Positions 58,003 to 64,000 of a stretch of 64,000 nucleotides of DNA are shown here, one piece after another. The notes under the pieces are model-generated. The model worked only from the letters and a program-made list of their open reading frames with translations, had not been told where the DNA came from and did no database searches. A program made the position numbers and the translations under genes. How positions within the stretch are numbered: position 1 is the first letter of the stretch; each line of letters opens with the position of its first letter. This DNA is from an uncultured Gammaproteobacteria bacterium (GTDB taxonomy: Bacteria; Patescibacteriota; Microgenomatia; JAUYPR01), in the NCBI GenBank assembly GCA_964372495.1, contig CAYJQU010000001.1, positions 2,935 through 66,934 of the forward strand, read 5' to 3'.

Positions 58003-58692
58003 TTAACCTTTCAATGCGTTATGTAGCAGTAGTAACTCCTTGGGTGAACGAATGATGCGTTCCATTATGGACGACACGGGCGTTCGTTGTTCTGCAACAG
58101 TTACAGGAAGTTCTTTGATACGAAAGCTTTGGCGCTCGGCGCGGATCATGAGTTCTGTGTCAAATAGCTCGTGGAAGTCTCGGCAGGCTTCAGCAAGTTT
58201 CTTCGCAACAGCAGTTCGCATGAGCTTCAAGCCGTGAGTGTCTGACCCCCGATATCCGAAAGCATGTTTAAGGAGGAGTGTAAACAGGATTGTAATAAAC
58301 CTTCTCCACAATGGTCGTTTGTCGTGTGATCCCTTGAGCGTTTTTGAACCAGTGATGATGTCATAGTTGTCTACGGAAGCCAGTGCGGCTTTTAGGAAAG
58401 CCAGATCGTAGTAATCGACATTGAAGATAGCCACCAAATCGGTACGCGTATGTTTAATTCCTTCTTTCAAAGCGATGCCGTATCCAGCGCTGCTTAGTAC
58501 TATGGTTTTGATAAGGGGGTTTCTAGAGGCCTCCCTCTGTGCGATCTCGCGTGTTGCGTCAGTGCTTCCGTTTTCTATGATCAGAATGTTTGGTTTAATC
58601 GGCTGTAAGCCTTTTTCGATTCTGCGAATGGAGCGGGCAAGTAGAAGCTCTTCGTTGTGGGTTGGTAGAAGAATAGTAAGCGACTGCTGCAT
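58003..58692 (-). CDS. GT2 polyprenyl-phosphate sugar synthase (Dpm1-like)
   Basis: LTILLPTHNEE...ILIIENGSTDAT...NVDYYDL. Confidence 0.7.
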   Translation of the reverse strand: MQQSLTILLPTHNEELLLARSIRRIEKGLQPIKPNILIIENGSTDATREIAQREASRNPLIKTIVLSSAGYGIALKEGIKHTRTDLVAIFNVDYYDLAFLKAALASVDNYDIITGSKTLKGSHDKRPLWRRFITILFTLLLKHAFGYRGSDTHGLKLMRTAVAKKLAEACRDFHELFDTELMIRAERQSFRIKELPVTVAEQRTPVSSIMERIIRSPKELLLLHNALKG

Positions 58693-58735
58693 GGTTAGTC
58701 ACTTTACACCAAATGTAGGCAAAAAGGTACAATAG

Positions 58736-59602
58736 GTGGCTGTGCAGAGTATCTGTATCATATGTGGCCAGTCCTCCTTTATTTCACACCTTGGTTCACT
58801 GTTGAAGTGCCAGAAGTGTTCTCTCATCGTGGCGAAAGAGGCTTTTGAAACTATCGATTTTGCCACGCTCTACTCCGGCGATTATTTTTTCGGTATTGAG
58901 TATCGTGATTATATTGCCGAAAAGGAGCTGTTATCAAAAGGGTTTTCTGCCCGTCTTGGCGCAATAGAAAAACTAAAGCGGGGAGGAAAGTTGCTAGAGA
59001 TAGGCTGCGCATATGGATTTTTTTTGGAAATTGCCAGGAGAAGTTTTGAGGTTGCGGGGATAGATATTTCCAAAGATGCCACCGATTACGCAAGAAACGT
59101 ACTTAAACTCCCGGCAATACGTGGCGATTTTCTTATTCATCCATTTCCACAGCGTACATACGACGTGGTATGTCTATGGGATACCATAGAACATTTGCAG
59201 AGGCCGGATCTGTATCTTGAGAAAATCGCGCGGCTGCTGCGGCCTGGCGGCATCCTCTGTCTCACGACAGGCAACATCGATCGCTTGCTGCCCCGCATTC
59301 AGGGAGCAAGATGGAGGATGATTCACCCCCCGACCCATTTGTATTATTTTTCCTTTCATACCCTGCGGCGGTTGCTTAATAAATACGGATTCATGGTATA
59401 TTCTGAAAAATACCCCGGTTCATGGAGAAGCCTGCCCCATATTCTACATGGTTTAGGCATGAAAAGTGCCTTTTTTGCTAACCTAGAAAAGAAAACTAGG
59501 AAAATATCATTGCTGGGTTCTGTATCACTTTACTATAATGCTTTCGATATCATGTATCTTATAGCTCAGAAGGAAAATAGCCAGTTTTCTCACGGATCCT
59601 GA
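58736..59602 (+). CDS. Class I SAM-dependent methyltransferase with N-terminal Zn-ribbon (paralog of the 9313 gene)
   Basis: CIICGQ...CQKCS, then LLEIGCAYGF, YDVVCLWDTIEHLQRPD, GGILCLTTGN, HPPTHLYYF (compare HYHPDHLFYF in the 9313 gene). GTG start. Confidence 0.7.
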   Translation: MAVQSICIICGQSSFISHLGSLLKCQKCSLIVAKEAFETIDFATLYSGDYFFGIEYRDYIAEKELLSKGFSARLGAIEKLKRGGKLLEIGCAYGFFLEIARRSFEVAGIDISKDATDYARNVLKLPAIRGDFLIHPFPQRTYDVVCLWDTIEHLQRPDLYLEKIARLLRPGGILCLTTGNIDRLLPRIQGARWRMIHPPTHLYYFSFHTLRRLLNKYGFMVYSEKYPGSWRSLPHILHGLGMKSAFFANLEKKTRKISLLGSVSLYYNAFDIMYLIAQKENSQFSHGS

Positions 59603-59611
59603 AGTGCAACT

Positions 59612-61507
59612 ATGACGGTAATTTTTGCTTTTACGAAAAATGATGCACTCTGGGCCGTTCGCTGGCAGCGCCAGTCAAAAAATTCGGTGAAGATTCTTGC
59701 GCCTACTATTGCTGCACAAATGGTTCTTCGTAAAGAAAACATTCCTCCCCATACGTATTTCTCCGAGGTTCTCCACCGTCCCCATAACTACGCTCAACGG
59801 ACGCTAACGCTTGGCAGGCGCACTTATAACACAACTCGCGTATTTCTGGAGCAGTTTGATAATTCGCTCGAGATATGCGGGGTTCCTCTTAAAACAATCC
59901 TGACTTTACGTTTTGAATATGAATTCTATGTAACTATCGCAGCTTACGACCTATATAAAAACATTGAACGTACCTGGCATCCAAAAGAATACATAGTACC
60001 TACTCACCAGTCAGTAGGAGATACCTTGGGAAATACCGATGCAACGTGGTTTTCAGCATTTGCGATAGCCCATTACTTTGCTCCTGCCGAGAAAGTTCGT
60101 TACTACCAAAATGAGGATTACCTCCTAGGAATTGCTGATAAATTGCGCCGCCTGACGTCGTTTGTATTTCCAGTAACCGTCGCTACAAAAAAAATTCTGA
60201 TCACAGGAAGGCGCCGATTGTCTGATATTTTCCGGTGGATATACCCAATTCACCTGACGCCGCGAGATATCCTATTTTATTCATTTGGGTATAATCTTGA
60301 TTACTACCATACGTTCTTTAAGATGGCGAGGACGTGTGGTTTTATAGACAGGATGCATGTTATTTGCGGCACACAGCCACTTGAGGCTGAATGGTTACTC
60401 GATTTTCACCAAATACCTTTCACACCACTTCGACATTTGATTGACTCCAGTCTCAAACGGAAAATACGTGCAGAAGCTCAAAAAATCTCTTACCGCATAT
60501 CACGCATAAAAACTCGAACACTGATGCAATGGTTGCCACAAACAAACCCTGCGTCACTCAAACGCGCGCTCGCCGACAGAGCATTTTTTGTAATACAGAG
60601 TCTAGCAACGCGATATATTCCACATGTTGCTGTCTCGGAGCTTGCTATGAATAAGATTAGACCGAAGCTGGTTATTACCACTCACGATCCAGCACCATCA
60701 GCATCACCGTTTGTTATCCTTGCTAATAAACATAACATCAATACGCTGCTCCTTTTACATGGAGTTATAGATGATTCCCAGATGGGCGCTTGGTTTCAAA
60801 GCAAAGACATTCAGTTATGGGGTGAATGGATGATAAAAAATTTTCCCACCTGTAAGAATCGCACAAGCCAGCCTAAACTGCATACAACGGGTTTTCCCTG
60901 TCTCGATAACGCATTTCACGAGCGGGATACGTTGCAAAAATTTTCGTATCAATACCTTTCTTCTAAAAAACCACTCATTTTTACACTTCTCCTCACCCAG
61001 TATCTTCCCGATACATTCGTCATGTCGAAGTTTCTCGACGAACTCTTTTTTGAGCTAAAAAGGGAGCATGTCTCTGTTCGCATAGTTGCTCGCACTCACC
61101 GAGGACAATCGACTACAGGATTCCATGAGCTGGCGCAGTACTATGACATCCAGTTCGCCCTCAACAACCATCAGTTACTTGAGACTCTGATCCGCAATTC
61201 GGACCTTGTGCTTTCAATGGATACAACCGCAATCCTCTGGCCGATGATCGAAAAAAAACCGCTCTTTTATACGACCCCCTGGTGGGGCAGCGGAACTCTA
61301 CCTATCAAGGAATATAACGCTGCCTATATACCTGAAAGTGCCCAACACCTTATTCAGAAGATAAAGCAATACACCCGTATTCCTAGCCTTGTTACGGAAT
61401 ACTATGAGAATCAGCAGCTTTTCTTAAAGGAGTTTGCTGGTATGGCCACTAGTGACTCATCAAAAAGGACACTTGACCTCATAAGATCCTTTCTAGACAT
61501 AGATTAG
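59612..61507 (+). CDS. Large soluble protein of uncertain function; weak resemblance to the CDP-glycerol glycerophosphotransferase (TagB/TagF, Glyphos_transf) C-terminal domain
   Basis: 631 aa, low-GC gene. The C-terminal stretch NSDLVLSMDTTAILWPMIEKKPLFYTTPWWG resembles the TagF-family segment (sD.LITDYSS...kP.i.Y.PTWR). Two A8 tracts lie in the coding sequence. Confidence 0.35.
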   Translation: MTVIFAFTKNDALWAVRWQRQSKNSVKILAPTIAAQMVLRKENIPPHTYFSEVLHRPHNYAQRTLTLGRRTYNTTRVFLEQFDNSLEICGVPLKTILTLRFEYEFYVTIAAYDLYKNIERTWHPKEYIVPTHQSVGDTLGNTDATWFSAFAIAHYFAPAEKVRYYQNEDYLLGIADKLRRLTSFVFPVTVATKKILITGRRRLSDIFRWIYPIHLTPRDILFYSFGYNLDYYHTFFKMARTCGFIDRMHVICGTQPLEAEWLLDFHQIPFTPLRHLIDSSLKRKIRAEAQKISYRISRIKTRTLMQWLPQTNPASLKRALADRAFFVIQSLATRYIPHVAVSELAMNKIRPKLVITTHDPAPSASPFVILANKHNINTLLLLHGVIDDSQMGAWFQSKDIQLWGEWMIKNFPTCKNRTSQPKLHTTGFPCLDNAFHERDTLQKFSYQYLSSKKPLIFTLLLTQYLPDTFVMSKFLDELFFELKREHVSVRIVARTHRGQSTTGFHELAQYYDIQFALNNHQLLETLIRNSDLVLSMDTTAILWPMIEKKPLFYTTPWWGSGTLPIKEYNAAYIPESAQHLIQKIKQYTRIPSLVTEYYENQQLFLKEFAGMATSDSSKRTLDLIRSFLDID

Positions 61508-61516
61508 TGTACGCTT

Positions 61517-62240
61517 TTATTCTTTCTTACCGACAAAGATCCAACGGAAGCTACTTTTTATATCAAACATACTGATATCATAGTAGCCTGTTGTGAGTGC
61601 CTTAAACATTGAAAAAAGATTTACTAGCTCATCGACATCCCGCACACAATAAATAATTTCATGAAGACCATAGAGTCGGTGAGTTTTGTCATCAATGCGG
61701 ATATCGTATATGTTTTCATTGTAGACTGCTTTTGTATGATATCTAATGTAGGAGTTGGTTGGACCTGCAATAGTGATAAATATGACACCTCCTGGTCGAA
61801 GACATCGATAGAGGTCCTGACATACTCTTTTGATATATTCTGTTGAGGACAGATATTCCATTACCTGGTTAACGATCACTATATCAAAGAAATTATCTTT
61901 GAAAGGGAGTTGCTTAAAGTGGATTGGTATGAGAGAGAAACGGGATAGATGCTTACTGTCGATATTTCGGCTCTCAAAATTTTCTCGTACAAGATCAGTA
62001 AAGTTTTTTGCAACATCAACTCCCCAAACGTCGTAGCCTTTTTCTATAAAAAATAAACTATTGTTGCCCGCTCCACAGCCGTAATCGAGCACACGGCCCC
62101 TCGGGATATGTTTTTTTTAGGTAAACATTGTGAAATTGAATGACCCATAACGTTGGGTATCGGAGGAAGGCTTCTTTCGCAGCATAAAGTCTTTCATAGT
62201 TTTCCCTGTTGACCCTGCGCATATCGCTCTTTTGGTTCAT
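61517..62240 (-). pseudogene. SAM-dependent methyltransferase interrupted by a +1/-1 frameshift in an A8 (T8 on +) homopolymer; candidate phase-variable gene or sequencing error
   Basis: The N-terminal ORF 62058..62240 (...NRENYERLYAAKEAF...VYLKKTYPEG) and the C-terminal ORF 61517..62092 (VLDYGCGAGNNS..., motif I) are in different frames. Deleting one A from the A8 run (+ strand T8 at 62111-62118) gives a continuous ...LKKHIPRGRVLDYGCGAG... reading frame. Confidence 0.6.
62111..62118. repeat. T8/A8 homopolymeric tract at the frameshift site of the methyltransferase gene
   Basis: tatgTTTTTTTTagg on +. The frame switch maps exactly to this run. Confidence 0.8.
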
Positions 62241-62298
62241 GATTACCCTTTGTAAAACAAGATTGTATTATATCGTGTTACGTGGCTTTTTACCAGAG

Positions 62299-63042
62299 CT
62301 AGATGAACCGATAGCCTTTCGAGCGGAATTCGCGAATGCACTCCGCTGTTGGTGTCTTATAAATTCGTGCATCAAGTTGCGGGGCCTTTTTGAAATTTAT
62401 GGGCTGCGATAATATGGTATTGATAAGCCGTGCGCCTGTCTGAAAAACTTGTTCGTAGAGTTTAAAAATGCTACGATGCGCGATCGGAATGATCTCTTGC
62501 GCAAGCATAGGACCATGATCAAGGACATTTGTCATCTTGTGTAAGGTTACGCCGATCTGTGGCTCATTGTGGTACAGTGCCCAGAAGATAGGGTAAAGAC
62601 CGCGGTATTTTGGGAGAAGAGAAGCATGCTTATTTATCCACCCCCATCGGGGAATTGCTAGTAAGCTTTTTGGAACGAATTGGCTTGTTTGTGCTACGAT
62701 AATATCTGGTTTCAGGGAATGTAGGATAGTTGTGGCATCACCTGAGTTGAGGGATGTAAAAAGGAACGTTTGTATCCCATGGCGGCGCATTGTTTCTGCT
62801 ACGGAAATTGGGGGATGATTCCAAAAGAAGGATACGCATTTCCTGTACATGTAGACTATACACAGCTTTGCCAGTTCCTGCGGTGAAAGAATCCTGGCGA
62901 TTTCTGTAAGCGATGCAAAAGAATTTCTCCTATACGGGTGAATAATACACCCAACGACTTTATTTCCATGAGCGGTAAGTATCTCGTTGAAAAAAGCGGG
63001 GAGGAAGAACGGTTCTTCAAATGAAACAAGCACAATTCTCAT
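62299..63042 (-). CDS. Sugar N-formyltransferase (Formyl_trans_N family; Fmt/ArnA-N/VioF-like)
   Basis: MRIVLVSFEEPFF... and HASLLPKYRGLYPIFWALYHNEPQIGVTLHKM (formyltransferase SLLP motif with catalytic His). ATGA overlap with the upstream deacetylase. The ORF-track extension to 63114 was not used. Confidence 0.7.
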   Translation of the reverse strand: MRIVLVSFEEPFFLPAFFNEILTAHGNKVVGCIIHPYRRNSFASLTEIARILSPQELAKLCIVYMYRKCVSFFWNHPPISVAETMRRHGIQTFLFTSLNSGDATTILHSLKPDIIVAQTSQFVPKSLLAIPRWGWINKHASLLPKYRGLYPIFWALYHNEPQIGVTLHKMTNVLDHGPMLAQEIIPIAHRSIFKLYEQVFQTGARLINTILSQPINFKKAPQLDARIYKTPTAECIREFRSKGYRFI

Positions 63043-63983
63043 AAGAAACGATCTTGTCGGACTATTTCTGCAATAGCTTGTAACGTCGTGAACTTGTATC
63101 TGCTTGAAAACCAAGAGAGAATCGCGTGATAGATGTATGTTCTCTCCTTTGCGCTCCTCTGCATTCCTGGGTGCCGAGTGAACCAGGAAAAACCTTCGGA
63201 TGGAGAGTCAACGAGGTCAATGCCATGTATCTCAAAATTGATGAACGACATCTTTTCAAGAAGAGGCGAGACAAGCCGGAAGTAATTCGTTCCGAGCGCA
63301 AGCTGGGTTGTACCAAATAGAGGTAATCGTACAGTAGGCACCACCGTAATCGGAATTTCTACGAGCGGGGAATCTAAGTCGGTCTGCGTAACAGATGTTG
63401 AGGCGCAGCGATAGGGTTTCAGCGGCGCAGTAATGACAGAGATCGGCCCCATACTGGCAAGTGAAGCACGTTGTTTGGTTTTCAAATACAATGCGGCTCG
63501 TAAAAGTGGATGTGCGATGGTTGGGTGCACCGAGGAATCATACCAGTATCCAAGCCTTTTCAATATTTGAAGCGTGTCGCTGTCGATGTTATACCCAGGT
63601 GCTCGAAAACCAACCATTGTATAGCGAAGTTTTTGCCATACCAGCTCATGCGTTTTTTTCACCTCCTCAGCTTTCATTTCCTGGGTTAGTTTATGAAAGT
63701 TATGATGATGGCTATACGTGTGGTTGGCTATCTCGTGACCCTTGGCCAGAATCGCTTTAAGAGCGGCGAGTCTTTTCTTGTTCGTTAAGTCTCTTCCGAC
63801 AACGAAAAAGGTAGCCTTTGCACTGAACTCATCAAGGAGCTTCAGTATACGGGGCAGGCTTTGTTCATACACGTATTCTTTTGTAGGCGTAAAGGTCTGT
63901 ATGCCGTAGACTTTGGCATAGTCTAATTCATGATCGAGATCTATTGAAACGGATACAGTGCGGTTAGGTGGAATTTTTAGCAT
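63039..63983 (-). CDS. Polysaccharide deacetylase (CE4, NodB homology domain)
   Basis: ATFFVVGRD...HEIANHTYSHH (NodB motifs 1-2) and FRAPGYN. Confidence 0.75.
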   Translation of the reverse strand: MLKIPPNRTVSVSIDLDHELDYAKVYGIQTFTPTKEYVYEQSLPRILKLLDEFSAKATFFVVGRDLTNKKRLAALKAILAKGHEIANHTYSHHHNFHKLTQEMKAEEVKKTHELVWQKLRYTMVGFRAPGYNIDSDTLQILKRLGYWYDSSVHPTIAHPLLRAALYLKTKQRASLASMGPISVITAPLKPYRCASTSVTQTDLDSPLVEIPITVVPTVRLPLFGTTQLALGTNYFRLVSPLLEKMSFINFEIHGIDLVDSPSEGFSWFTRHPGMQRSAKERTYIYHAILSWFSSRYKFTTLQAIAEIVRQDRFL

Positions 63984-64000
63984 AGTAAGTGATAAGTTCG

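Noticed and set aside
62058-62240. 60-aa ORF on the minus strand treated as an independent small gene
   Set aside because: Its sequence (..NRENYERLYAAKEAF..) is the N-terminal part of the methyltransferase that continues in another frame after the A8 tract. It was merged into the frameshifted gene 61517-62240.
1-64000. Search for CRISPR arrays, IS elements or transposases, integrases, and tRNA or rRNA genes
   Set aside because: I saw no direct-repeat and spacer periodicity and no DDE-transposase or tyrosine-recombinase-like ORFs. There are no obvious terminal inverted repeats and no cloverleaf-like or rRNA-like non-coding stretches. The only intergenic gaps longer than 40 nt are at 11900-11991, 19261-19328, 20655-20729, 51642-51692 and 58693-58735.

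Overview
The whole 64-kb window is a single, densely packed cell-envelope glycosylation island. I found no rRNA, tRNA, CRISPR array, transposase or phage gene.

About 55 genes are arranged in long co-directional runs (591-19260 and 20730-51641 on +, 51693-58692 on -). More than 20 junctions are start/stop-overlapping (ATGA or GTGA), which suggests translationally coupled operons.

Gene content:
- 19 polytopic GT-C-type membrane glycosyltransferases: 7 PMT_2/ArnT-like paralogs sharing DE..GYNAYS and SPWH.H.SR motifs, 5 more divergent GT-C-like proteins, 4 YfhO-family proteins, and 3 divergent YfhO-like proteins sharing a C-terminal [FY]PGW.A.[VI][DN]G motif.
- 4 Dpm1-like polyprenyl-phosphate-sugar synthases (GT2), one followed by a DUF2304 small membrane protein.
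- About 8 GT4 and 5 other GT2 cytoplasmic glycosyltransferases.
- 5 SAM-dependent methyltransferases. Two are paralogs with an N-terminal Zn-ribbon. One is frameshifted in a T8/A8 homopolymer.
- A GDP-D-glycero-alpha-D-manno-heptose cassette (gmhA-hddC-hddA-gmhB) plus a second nucleotidyltransferase.
- CDP-3,6-dideoxyhexose pathway pieces: an RfbH/DdhC-like 3-dehydrase and a CDP-paratose-2-epimerase-like SDR.
- A sugar formyltransferase, a CE4 polysaccharide deacetylase, and a HIT-family protein.
- A lower-GC block (~59.6-62.2 kb) carrying a large TagB/TagF-like protein with two A8 tracts next to the frameshifted methyltransferase.

The composition (YfhO, GT39-like, Dpm1-like, HddA-type heptose pathway) resembles a monoderm-like or uncultivated-lineage bacterium, but I cannot assign taxonomy from sequence alone.

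The most interesting hypothesis is a combinatorial, lipid-carrier-dependent extracytoplasmic glycan or protein decoration system with unusual paralog expansion and candidate phase-variable elements.
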